A stretch of DNA of 64,000 nucleotides from Eledone cirrhosa. Its lineage: Eukaryota. Position numbers and translations under genes: made by a program. Under the pieces are notes generated by a model. The model was given only the letters and a program-made list of their open reading frames with translations, was not told where the DNA came from and searched no databases. The number at the start of each line of letters is the position of its first letter. Position 1 is the first letter of the stretch. The stretch is from the NCBI GenBank assembly GCA_964016885.1, contig OZ024751.1, forward strand, positions 4,712,001 through 4,776,000. Reading direction: 5' to 3'. Shown here piece after piece: positions 52,270 through 64,000 of the stretch.

Positions 52270-52877
52270 ATACTAAAGTCTGTCTCAAGCCAGAAAACTC
52301 GTTAGGCCGGTATCGTGGCATGAAGCGACTGAGAGTACAAGACACCCCCTGGGTAGGACGCTATTCCATCGCATAGTTAACCACCCAGGTATTTGCTGGT
52401 ACACATTTTCAGCTGAGTATACTGGAACAGTGTGAAATGAAGTGTTTTGCTCAAGAACACAACACGCAACCCAGCCCAGGAATCGAACCCTCGACATTAT
52501 GATCGTAAGTCCAACACCCTTACCACTAGGCCAGCGTCTATAGGTACTAGTTCGATATACTAGAAATAGTAGCTGAATTTCCTTCAAACTACACTAGCTT
52601 CATGTAATATAAACGGTCTTTAATAAGACTTTAAAACTTAACAAAATGACTGAACTAATACTGATCTCTAATTTAGACACAAGTCCAGCAGATCTGTGGA
52701 AAGGGTAAAGTTGATTAAATCAACCCCAGTAGTTGACTGTTACTTTAATTTATCGACCTCTAAAGGATGAAAGGCAAAGTTGACATTGGCGGGATTTGAA
52801 CACAGAAGGTAGAAAGTCGGAAGGAACACTGCTGAGTATTTGTCCGACGCTCTAACGACTATGCCAGTCTATCGCCC
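52270..52877 (-). mobile_element. Two adjacent SINEs (52270-52535 and 52665-52877)
   Basis: GGAATCGAACCC and GGGATTTGAAC B-box reverse complements, with the respective family bodies. Confidence 0.7.
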
Positions 52878-53119
52878 AATGACTAATACTGATGTTTTCT
52901 GACATCAATCGTGGATCAATATATAGATACAGAATGGCCAAATGGTTAAAAAGTTAGCTTTACAATCGTTAGGGAGCATCTATGTGGTCGATTAAGCCAT
53001 GGCCGGGTCCCTAGGTTTTCAGGTTCATTCTAGTATTTCAATCTTTCCTTCCACTGCAGTAAAAAAAAAAAAAAAGAATTAACGGGTTCCCTAGGATTTC
53101 AGCTTAGTCCATCTTACGA

Positions 53120-53310
53120 ATAATTGTTTCTACTTAAGGAGGGCGGGAAGTCGATTAAATCGACCCCAGTGTATAACTGGTGCTTTATTTTATCGACCCC
53201 GTAAGGATGAAAAGTAAAGCTAACTTCGTCGGGATTTGAACTCAGAACGCAAAGGGCCGTAACTCTATGTTGCAAAGCAGGGTGTCCGGCGCTCTACCGA
53301 TACTGCAGTC
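53120..53310 (-). mobile_element. SINE
   Basis: Reverse complement of the core, B box and head. Confidence 0.8.
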
Positions 53311-53827
53311 CTATATACTGTAACAGATGCAAGACTGTGTCCTGACCTACTCATGTTTTACTTAGGTAACTAAGCAACTGACAGAGTCTATAGGTATACT
53401 AGTTCGATATACTAGAAATAGTAGCTGAATTTCCTGCAAACTACACTCCATCGTCTTTACACATTGGGTAATGTAATCCAGAGTAACATATTCCTGAAAA
53501 CTAAGTCAGGAGGGTCATCGGTTGAATGTCTTTATCCACAGGTCTTCTCGAGCTGAGCATATTTATTATTAGCTCTTTCTATGACCATATTTTTATTGAA
53601 TACACCGTATTTCAGTTAATTAATTTAGACTGGTTTACTGAGGTTATTAATCGTTTCCTTATTAAGATGGTTCTTGTAAGATAATTTAACAAATAGTTAT
53701 AACAAATTGTATCGGGATAGTTTAATTTAAGTAGACACCCTGTAAAATGGGTGGTTTTATTTCATAGAAATAGAGGCAGTTTGGAGCGGGTTTGTATTTA
53801 AAATGGTTTACATGAATGGGGTTATTT

Positions 53828-53997
53828 CAGTCATGGGCAAACTGCGGTCCGCGGGCCACATGCAGCCAGTCTGGCTTTCTGAATGGCACGCCTAATGAAC
53901 GAAAAATTACCTTGAATTGTTTCAGTAACGTGATCCCGCCTTATGATGAGCCATATCTCATGCGACCTACTGCTTGAAAAAAGGTTGCCCATGCCTG
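53828..53997. mobile_element. hAT (Charlie-like) MITE
   Basis: TIRs CAGTCATGGGCAA / TTGCCCATGCCTG; subterminal GCGGTCCGCGGGCCACATGC; 8-bp flanks GGTTATTT / GTTTATTT (7 of 8 match). Confidence 0.75.
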
Positions 53998-54198
53998 GTT
54001 TATTTCATAGAACTAGAAGTTGTTTCGAGGGTCTGGTTGTTATCAAAAGTGTTATACAACCTACCGAGCTAGTAGGTGGGCAATTAATAAACGAGAAGAA
54101 CAGGTGAAAACAACGTTCTAGTCACAATTAAAGGACGTTTATACACAGCTTGATATCTCGTGCTTGTCAGCTAACATTCATGTCATAACAGGAAATAC

Positions 54199-54790
54199 AT
54201 TGTTTCTACTTTAGGCACAAGGCCAGCAATTTAAAGGGGAGGGGAGGTTCGATTAAACCCACCCCAGTGCATTACTGATACTTTATTTTATCGACCCCGT
54301 AAGGATGAAAGACAAAGCTAACCTCGGCGGGATTCGAATTCACAACGAAAAGAGTCTGATCAAAAATTTCTATTTGTCCGATGCTCTACCGATTCTGTCA
54401 ATCCACTGCCCTAACAACTATAACAATAATAATAATGGTTTCCGATTTAGGTACAAGGCCAACCATCTCGGGGAAAAATAAAGAGTCGTAGCTATATGCC
54501 ACAAAGCACGTTGTCCGATGCTCTACTGACTCTAACAACTCACTACCCTAACCTAACGATAATACTGGTTTCTGATTTAGACACGAGGCCAAATCACCAA
54601 CAATAATAATAGTTTCTGATGTAGGCACAAGGCCAACCATTTTTGGAGAAGGGGAAAGTCGATTAAATCAACCCAGTGTATTACTGGTACTTTATTTTAT
54701 CGACCCCGTAAGGATGAAAGGTAAAGTTAACCTTGGGGAATTTGAACTCAGAAGGTAAAGGGTCGTAGCTATATGCTGCAAAGCATTTAC
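54199..54790 (-). mobile_element. Stack of same-orientation SINE copies and fragments
   Basis: Copies start at 54199, 54435, 54566 and 54610, separated by (AAT/AAC)n tails. Confidence 0.8.
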
Positions 54791-55404
54791 ACGGTAACCA
54801 GAGGATGGCTTAAGTATTAATTAGGAGGAGGACAGACACGTGTCGGATTAACGTAATTCTCAGGGAGATTCAACGTGACTCAGTGTTTAACGAGGATGAC
54901 ATTTCGAATTACAGGTAAGTCGATCCGACGAGCGGCTTCCAAAGCAGTTTTCCCCCAACCTAATTTCATTCACAAGACATGGGCCAACTCAAGGCTATGG
55001 TAAATGGCACTTTCTCAGGATAGCCACACAGTGGACTCGAACTCGGGACTTAATGATTGCCAAGCTAACTTCTTAACCATTCGGCCATGTATATCTTCAC
55101 AACGACCAGTAAAGAACTGAACAAACTCAGCACCGAGAAGCAGACCAGCTAGACCCAATGACATGTCTACTTTACTTCTTAAACCATTGAGAAACTCTCG
55201 TAATTCAGGTTTAATTGTAGATCTATATCGTTACCTGTTGTCAATACTAACAAAACAACAACAACAACAATTACATGAACGAAAAAAACGGGAATATGTT
55301 AATAAATAAGATATGTTCATTCAGTTATAACATGTCCGATAGCTCTTGATTCTAATGTATATATTAATTCTAAATATAATAGCGTAGGTATGTGTGTATA
55401 TGTG

Positions 55405-55474
<70 letters not shown>

Positions 55475-55527
55475 GACTTTGCACTTTCCTGTTGACAAGT
55501 GTTTTTAGGCCTCATATCATGTTACCT

Positions 55528-55597
55528 TATTTTATCTGATGAGAACACAATTTTTGTCCCAGGATGATGTTGTTTTCGAAATGCGCATAATAAAATA
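55528..55597 (+). ncRNA. Minimal type I hammerhead ribozyme motif
   Basis: UAUUUUAU CUGAUGA GAACACAAU...GUUGUUUUC GAAA UGCGCA UA AUAAAAUA: 8-bp stem I and palindromic UGCGCA stem III. Confidence 0.8.
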
Positions 55598-55618
55598 TAT
55601 GGAACTTTTTTAACCATC

Positions 55619-55669
<51 letters not shown>

Positions 55670-55815
55670 CCATCTTTTAATATATATATATATATATGAT
55701 GGTTATATATATATATATATACACATATATATATATATATATATAACCATCTTTTAATATATATATATATATATGAAAAGTATAGAAATTATTGTAGCAA
55801 GAAGCCAACAGTATT

Positions 55816-55898
<83 letters not shown>

Positions 55899-56033
55899 AG
55901 TATTAAATTGTTAAACAATATTCGATGATTATGTCAAAGAATGATTTTTACAGTAGATTGGAAGCACTCAACGAAAAATAATTTTCAGGAGTTATTAATA
56001 TAAGTATTAATAAAATAGATGTTCTTTTGATCA

Positions 56034-56096
56034 ATTACATTTTATTATACATATTTCGGATGTACAACAGTACGTCCTCATCAGACAAAATATAAT
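56034..56096 (-). ncRNA. Hammerhead ribozyme motif, mirror copy
   Basis: Exact reverse complement of 56208-56270. Confidence 0.78.
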
Positions 56097-56207
56097 GATA
56101 CATGACATACCCTGAGATGTTAAATGGTTAAGATTTAATCAAGGTAGTTATTATTACTACCTTGATTAAATCTTAACCATTTAACATCTCAGGGTATGTC
56201 ATGTATC

Positions 56208-56270
56208 ATTATATTTTGTCTGATGAGGACGTACTGTTGTACATCCGAAATATGTATAATAAAATGTAAT
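56208..56270 (+). ncRNA. Minimal type I hammerhead ribozyme motif
   Basis: AUUAUAUUUUGU CUGAUGA GGACGUAC-UGUU-GUACAUCC GAAA UAUGUA UA AUAAAAUGUAAU: 12-bp stem I with two GU pairs. Confidence 0.8.
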
Positions 56271-56301
56271 TGATCAAAAGAACATCTATTTTATTAATAC
56301 T

Positions 56302-56339
<38 letters not shown>

Positions 56340-56459
56340 TATTGTATGTGTGTGTATATATATATATAGTATATAATAATATATATATTTGTAGAATATA
56401 TATAATATATATATGTGTGTGTGTGTATAGTATAATATAATAATATATATATATGTACA

Positions 56460-56594
<135 letters not shown>

Positions 56595-56918
56595 GAGTGT
56601 GTGTGTAAGTGAGTTTTTGCGTGTTCACTCTCTCGGGGGAAATACAACAAAACCTGAACTCAGATCAGATAAATGTTTGTTGGTTCTATTTTTAGAGAGT
56701 ATCGCAGTAATTATTAGCAGAATGTGTAGGCGGTAAATTGTCAGAGTAATTAGAACATCAGATAGAATACTCTGTGTTATTCTGTCCAGTCCTCTTTGCC
56801 CTCAATGCAATCCCACCGTCGTGGTTAACTTTGCCTTTCATCCTTTCCAGGTCGATAAGAAAGTACCAGTCTAGTACTGGGTCGAATCTTCCTTACTTCC
56901 GCTATCTGTGTGATTCTC

Positions 56919-57268
<350 letters not shown>

Positions 57269-57400
57269 TATTGTATTCAGCCATGTAGAGCGAAAATTTA
57301 CAAGAGATGTCAACATGAATGGACCTGTTATTTTTATCTAAAGACATTTTTTCCAATTCCATCCCGCCCGTCCCCTTAATCTATTGTATTTCTCATTATT

Positions 57401-57436
57401 TCTTCTGATGAAGGACTAGTGTCCGAAACGTTAAGA
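57401..57436 (+). ncRNA. Minimal hammerhead ribozyme motif (Penelope-like)
   Basis: UCUU CUGAUGA A GGAC UAGU GUCC GAAA CGUU AAGA. Same architecture as 48818-48851, with a similar downstream sequence. Confidence 0.72.
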
Positions 57437-57851
57437 CCCTCTTCCTGCTATATCAAGCGTTAACCTAATATATACCTTCCATATACTGTACCGATTGTGT
57501 TGTTATTTCTGTTTACCTTTTACATACATACATATCTCTCTATCTATAATATTTTAAAGCTGAGTGTCGTGTGTATTATGTATGTATGGATCCTACATAC
57601 CTCCCTATAGTTTCTTAGCTTTACTCTCTCCGTCGCTCTTCCCTCGCTCTATAATAGATCATTCCCCCTCTCTATAATTTAACTGCTTTACTCTCTCTGT
57701 CTCTCTTCACTCTCAAATATTATAAAGCTGAGTGTCGTCTCTCTCCCTCTTTCACCCTCTCTATAATTTAACTGCTTTACTCTCTGTCTCTCTATATGAC
57801 AACACTCTTTTACTTTCCGTATATACCTTCAATATATCAATATATACCCAG

Positions 57852-58134
57852 GTTCTGCTACACGTCGGGCTGGGGGGGGGGCAAACTCCTCAAATACCGG
57901 TCGCTCTTCGACAGGTTTGCGGTCGAACCCCTGGCAGTGGAGACTTCTGGTGTCCTCGGCCCCAGGGCTACCTCCTTACTCACCACCATAGGCGCTGAGC
58001 TGGCCAGCCGCAGGTGTGAGCCCCGCGAGTTGGAGTGGCTTTTCCAGCGCGTCTCCCTTGCCGTCCTCCGGGGAAACGCCTTCTCCATTCTGTCCGCCGG
58101 GGCTGTGGGTGGGCCCCATCGCGTACCGTTGTAG
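57852..58134 (+). pseudogene. CRE-like non-LTR retrotransposon C-terminal (restriction-like endonuclease) fragment
   Basis: KYRSL..FAVEPLAVETSGVLGPRA...LFQRVSLAVLRGNAFSIL resembles the KY..L..F.P.A.ET.G / QRISLAIQRGNA pattern; GC-rich island in AT-rich flanks. Confidence 0.75.
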
Positions 58135-58460
58135 TTGTTGTATACAGATATTAACTCATCAATCCCATTATTTATATCATATATCAACATAGAGATGAGC
58201 GTCGTATGTATGTTTATTTCAAAAGGATAACCTCCTTCAAATTCGCTCAACACACAAGCAGGTAATACATACATCAAAAGGCAACCCTTTTAGAGAGACA
58301 GAGAGTGAAAGAGACAGATTAGGAAAACTACACACACACACACATCTAAAGAGAGAGAGAGGAGAGAGGAGATAGAAAGAGACAGAGAAAGAGAAACAGA
58401 GGAACGGGCAAGCAGGTAATACATACATCTAAAATCATTTGGAAACAAATATCATAATAT

Positions 58461-58647
58461 AATTGTTTCTACGTTAGGCACAAGGCCAGCAATTTTCCAG
58501 TGTATTACTGGTACTTTATTTTATCGACCCCGTAAGGATGAAAGGCAAAGTGAACCTCGGCGGGATTTGAACTTAGATCGTAAAGGGACGTAACTATGCT
58601 GGAAAGCATGGCGCCCGACCCTCTACCGATACTGCAAATCCACCGCC
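58461..58647 (-). mobile_element. SINE, full length
   Basis: Reverse complement nearly identical to the 2039 copy. Confidence 0.9.
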
Positions 58648-58762
58648 TAGTATTATAATATAATGCTTGCAGAACGAAAATACAGACAAATATAATAATG
58701 TATGTATCCCACACACTTTTTCTGTCGTCGCTCGCATAAGTAACACACACACACACACACAC

Positions 58763-58798
<36 letters not shown>

Positions 58799-59054
58799 TA
58801 CACATACTTTCACACCTGATTTCGCCAAATGCCGGATAACATCAAAACAAAACACAAAGAACACACACATGCACATACACACATACACAAACACACACAC
58901 ACACATATCTATACTTTATATGTATATATATATGTATGCATGTATGTATATAAGATCATTCCCCCTCGCTATAATTTAACTGCTTTACTATCTCCGTCGC
59001 TCTTCACTCTCTATATGACAACACTGTTTTAGTTTCCGTATCTCCCTTCAATAT

Positions 59055-59134
<80 letters not shown>

Positions 59135-59229
59135 AAGGACAATGTGACACGGGAGGGTGTGTGGTATCTTTGCAGTGGAGTGGTGGGGGCAGGTATACCT
59201 AGCCGGCCGCCAGCCGGACGGGCCACCTA

Positions 59230-59277
<48 letters not shown>

Positions 59278-59407
59278 CTCTCTCTATCTCGCGTTCGTTC
59301 GTTGGAAGAAATTGGCTGTGTTCAGACCTGGAGAAGTGAGGGTCTCCTCATGTTTAAAGATTACCCAAGACACCACGTATATCCCCACGTCTCCACCAGG
59401 TATTACG

Positions 59408-59454
<47 letters not shown>

Positions 59455-59528
59455 CTATCTACCTATCCATCTATCCATCTCTCTCTCTCTGTCTCTCTCT
59501 CTCTATCTATATATCCCTCTCTCTCTCC

Positions 59529-59562
<34 letters not shown>

Positions 59563-59605
59563 ATCTATCTATCCCTCTCTCTCTCCCTCTCTCTATCTCT
59601 ACCTC

Positions 59606-59641
<36 letters not shown>

Positions 59642-60044
59642 CCTCCCTCCCTCCATCTATCCATCTGTCTATCTATCCGCATATCAATATGCTGAGAAAA
59701 CCAGAGTGTTTGCTAACAACAGACATTTTCTGACGTCTGCTCAACTATGACTTCCAATCTGCCATCCTCGGTGATTAATTGTATCATTATACTCAGTTAG
59801 TAAAACACGTTCATCTCACCTAAAAGGTTCCAAGCTTCGCTGAAGAAAGATCTAAACATCAGTTTTGATATATAACATATCGTTTTTTTTCTCTCTAATT
59901 AACGTATAAATGTGTACTCTAGTTTTTCTTGGGTTTGTGTCTTGATATTACAGACTTAATTAAATTATTGAGTGAGTGAGAAAACGCCCGAAGCTGTGAC
60001 GGTCCTAATTAATAGCTTCGTCTCATTATTATATAAAATATCAA

Positions 60045-60465
60045 GGACGGCGGATTGGCAGTATCGGTAGAGCTTCGGACACCATACTTTGCAGCATAAA
60101 GCTACGCCCCTTTACGTGCTGAGTTCAAATCCGGCCGAGGTTAACTTTGCCTTTCATCCTCACGGGGTCGATAAAATAAAGTACCAGTCACATACTAGGG
60201 TCGATTTAATCGACTTCCTCCTCGCCCCAAATTGCTGGCCTTGTGCCTATATAAGAAACCATTATTTAGGGCGGTTGATTGGCAGAATCGGTAGAGCGTC
60301 GGACAATGTTTTGCAGCATATAGATACGTCCCTTTACGTTCAAATCCCGCTGAGGTTATAGCTTTACCTTTCACCCTTACAGGGTTGTTAACATAAACTA
60401 CAGTAACGTACTGTGTCGGTTTAACCTTTCTTATTGTTGGTCTTGTGCCCAACATAGAAACAATT
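60045..60465 (+). mobile_element. Two tandem SINEs (60045-60265 and 60269-60465)
   Basis: Each has a GATTGGCAG.ATCGGTAGAGC head, B box, core and TAGAAAC-type end. Confidence 0.85.
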
Positions 60466-63400
60466 CTTTACAGTGTCTTATGTCTGCAGAGTCTCTTTAC
60501 AGTGTCTTATGCCTGCCGAGTCTCTTATGTCTGCAGAGTCTCTTCACAGTGTCGTATGTCTGCAGAGTCTCTTTACAGTGTCTTATGTCTACAGAGTCTC
60601 TTTACAGTGTCTTATGTCTGCAGAGTCTCTTTACAGTGTCTTATGTCTGCCGAGTCTCTTTACAGTGTCTTATGTCTGCAGAGTCTCTTTACAGTGTCTT
60701 ATGTCTGCAGAGTCTCTTTACAGTGTCTTATGTCTACAGAGTCTCTTTACAGTGTCTTATGTCTGCAGAGTCTCTTTACAGTGTCTTATGTCTGCCGAGT
60801 CTCTTTACAGTGTCTTATGTCTGCAGAGTGTCTTTACAGTGTCTTATGTCTGCAGAGTCTCTTTACAGTGTCTTATGTCTGCAGAGTCTCTTTACAGTGT
60901 CTTATGTCTGCAGAGTGTCTTTACAGTGTCTTATGTCTGCCGAGTCTCTTTACAGTGTCTTATGTCTGCAGAGTCTCTTTACAGTGTCTTATGTCTGCCG
61001 AGTCTCTTTACAGTGTCTTATGTCTGCCGAGTCTCTTTACAGTGTCTTATGTCTGCAGAGTCTCTTTACAGTGTCTTATGTCTGCCGAGTCTCTTTACAG
61101 TGTCTTATGTCTGCAGAGTCTCTTTACAGTGTCTTATGTCTGCAGAGTCTCTTTACAGTGTCTTATGTCTGCCGAGTCTCTTTACAGTGTCTTATGTCTA
61201 CAGTCTCTTTACAGTGTCTCATGTCTGCCGAGTCTCTTTACAGTGTCTTATGTCTGCAGAGTCTCTTTACAGTGTCTTATGTCTGCCGAGTCTCTTTACA
61301 GTGTCTTATGTCTGCAGAGTCTCTTTACAGTGTCTTATGTCTGCAGAGTCTCTTTACAGTGTCTTATGTCTGCCGAGTCTCTTTACAGTGTCTTATGTCT
61401 ACAGTCTCTTTACAGTGTCTCATGTCTGCCGAGTCTCTTTACAGTGTCTTATGTCTGCAGAGTCTCTTTACAGTGTCTTATGTCTACAGTCTCTTTACAG
61501 TGTCTCATGTCTGCAGAGTCTCTTTACAGTGTCTTATGTCTGCCGAGTCTCTTTACAGTGTCTTATGTCTGCAGAGTCTCTTTACAGTGTCTTATGTCTG
61601 CAGAGTCTCTTTACAGTGTCTTATGTCTACAGTCTCTTTACAGTGTCTTATGTCTGCAGAGTCTCTTTACAGTGTCTTATGTCTGCCGAGTCTCTTTACA
61701 GTGTCTTATGTCTACAGTCTCTTTACAGTGTCTCATGTCTGCCGAGTCTCTTTACAGTGTCTTATGTCTGCAGAGTCTCTTTACAGTGTCTTATGTCTAC
61801 AGTCTCTTTACAGTGTCTTATGTCTGCAGAGTCTCTTTACAGTGTCTTATGTCTGCAGAGTCTTTTTACAGTGTCTTATGTCTGCAGAGTCTCTTTACAG
61901 TGTCTTATGTCTGCCGAGTCTCTTTACAGTGTCTTATGTCTGCAGAGTCTCTTTACAGTGTCTTATGTCTGCAGAGTCTCTTTACAGTGTCTTATGTCTG
62001 CAGAGTCTCTTTACAGTGTCTTATGTCTGCAGAGTCTCTTTACAGTGTCTTATGTCTGCAGAGTCTCTTTACAGTGTCTTATGTCTGCAGAGTCTCTTTA
62101 CAGTGTCTTATGTCTGCAGAGTCTCTTTACAGTGTCTTATGTCTGCCGAGTCTCTTTACAGTGTCTTATGTCTGCAGAGTCTCTTTACAGTGTCTTATGT
62201 CTGCAGAGTGTCTTTACAGTGTCTTATGTCTACAGAGTCTCTTTACAGTGTCTTATATCTGCAGAGTCTCTTTACAGTGTCTTATGTCTGCAGAGTCTCT
62301 TTACAGTGTCTTATGTCTGCCGAGTCTCTTTACAGTGTCTTATGTCTGCCGAGTCTCTTTACAGTGTCTTATGTCTGCAGAGTCTCTTTACAGTGTCTTA
62401 TGTCTGCAGAGTCTCTTTACAGTGTCTTATGTCTGCAGAGTCTCTTTACAGTGTCTTATGTCAACAGAGTCTCTTTACAGTGTCTTATGTCTGCAGAGTC
62501 TCTTTACAGTGTCTTATGTCTACCGAGTCTCTTTACAGTGTCTTATGTCTGCAGAGTCTCTTTACAGTGTCTTATGTCCGCAGAGTCTCTTTACAGTGTC
62601 TTATGTCTGCCGAGTTTCTTTACAGTGTCTTATGTCTGCAGAGTCTCTTTACAGTGTCTTATGTCTGCAGAGTCTCTTTACAGTGTCTTATGTCTTCAGA
62701 GTCTCTTTACAGTGTCTTATGTCTGCCGAGTCTCTTTACAGTGTCTTATGTCTGCAGAGTCTCTTTACAGTGTCTTATGTCTGCAGAGTCTCTTTACAGT
62801 GTCTTATGTCTGCCGAGTCTCTTTACAGTGTCTTATGTCTGCAGAGTCTCTTTACAGTGTCTTATGTCTGCATAGTCTCTTTACAGTGTCTTATGTCTGC
62901 TGAGTCTCTTTACAGTGTCTTATGTCTGCAGAGTCTCTTTACAGTGTCTTATGTCTGCAGAGTCTCTTGACAGTGTCTTATGTCTGCAGAGTCTCTTTAC
63001 AGTGTCTTATGTCTGCCGAGTCTCTTTACAGTGTCTTATGTCTGCAGAGTCTCTTTACAGTGTCTTATGTCTGCAGAGTCTCTTTACAGTGTCTTATGTC
63101 TGCAGAGTCTCTTTACAGTGTCTTATGTCTGCAGAGTCTCTTTACAGTGCCTTATGTCTGCCGAGTCTCTTTACAGTGTCTTATGTCTGCCGAGTCTCTT
63201 TACAGTGTCTTATGTCTGCAGAGTCTCTTTATAGTGTCTTATGTCTGCAGAGTCTCTTTACAGTGTCTTATGTCTGCCGAGTCTCTTTACAGTGTCTTAT
63301 GTCTGCAGAGTCTCTTTACAGTGTCTTATGTCTGCAGAGTCTCTTTACAGTGTCTTATGTCTGCAGAGTCTCTTTACAGTGTCTTATGTCTGCCGAGTCT

Positions 63401-64000
63401 CTTTACAGTGTCTTATGTCTGCAGAGTCTCTTTACAGTGTCTTATGTCTGCAGAGTCTCTTTACAGTGTCTTATGTCTGCAGAGTCTCTTTACAGTGTCT
63501 TATGTCTGCAGAGTCTCTTTACAGTGTCTTATGTCTGCCGAGTCTCTTTACAGTGTCTTATGTCTGCCGAATCTCTTTACAGTGTCTTATGTCTGCCGAG
63601 TCTCTTTACAGTGTCTTATGTCTGCAGAGTCTCTTTACAGTGTCTTATGTCTGCCGAGTCTCTTTACAGTGTCTTATGTCTGCAGAGTCTCTTTACAGTG
63701 TCTTATGTCTGCCGAGTCTCTTTACAGTGTCTTATGTCTGCCGAGTCTCTTTACAGTGTCTTATGTCTGCAGTGTCTCTTTACAGTGTCTTATGTCTGCA
63801 GAGTCTCTTTACAGTGTCTTATGTCTGCAGAGTCCCTTTACAGTGTCTTATGTCTGCCGAGTCTCTTTACAGTGTCTTATGTCTGCAGAGTCTCTTTACA
63901 GTGTCTTATGTCTGCAGAGTCTCTTTACAGTGTCTTATGTCTGCAGAGTCTCTTTACAGTGTCTTATGTCTGCAGGGTCTCTTTACAGTGTCTTATGTCT
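60465..64000. repeat. 29-bp tandem satellite, about 120 copies, running off the window end
   Basis: Unit CAGTGTCTTATGTCTGCAGAGTCTCTTTA, highly homogeneous. Confidence 0.98.

Larger units (their letters stand above)
55998..56306. repeat. Perfect inverted repeat, 151-bp arms with 7-nt loop (Penelope-like pseudo-LTR pair)
   Basis: 55998-56148 is the reverse complement of 56156-56306. Confidence 0.95.
57543..59230 (+). mobile_element. Helitron-like non-autonomous element
   Basis: A|TCTATAATATTTTAAAGCTGAG start; CCGGC-CGCCA-GCCGG hairpin 9 nt before CTAG|T; internal block repeated (57657-57835 and 58952-59055). Confidence 0.6.

Noticed and set aside
59836-59880. CTGAAGAAAGA...TTTTGATATATA hammerhead-like remnant
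   Set aside because: No GAAA and weak stems; possibly a decayed copy but not supportable.
60445-62970. 841-, 800- and 807-aa ORFs as genes
   Set aside because: All three frames give the same periodic peptide because the 29-bp unit has no stop triplet; no coding signature.

Overview
Eukaryotic, almost entirely repetitive DNA with no recognisable intact host protein-coding gene. The SINE types, LINE mix and microsatellite density suggest an octopus or other cephalopod genome (inference). Retroelements present: a decayed near full-length L1/Tx1-clade LINE (~0.15-6.1 kb) plus three related fragments, a 5'-truncated RTE LINE (46-48 kb), R4/Dong-like and CRE-like 3' fragments, an internally deleted RTE-like element in tandem (27-28 kb) and many tRNA-derived SINEs. 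DNA elements present: mariner- and hAT-type MITEs and Helitron-like elements with TC...CTAG ends. Large satellites have 58-, 66- and 29-bp units or GA/CA-rich units. The most interesting signal is at 48.8-57.4 kb: seven minimal hammerhead-ribozyme motifs (five distinct sequences) of the Penelope-like type lie in short islands between (TA)n tracts. Two of these islands are perfect fold-backs (208-bp and 151-bp arms) carrying a hammerhead on each strand. Almost all long ORFs outside the LINEs are low-complexity repeat artefacts. All calls were made by eye; no database searches were run.
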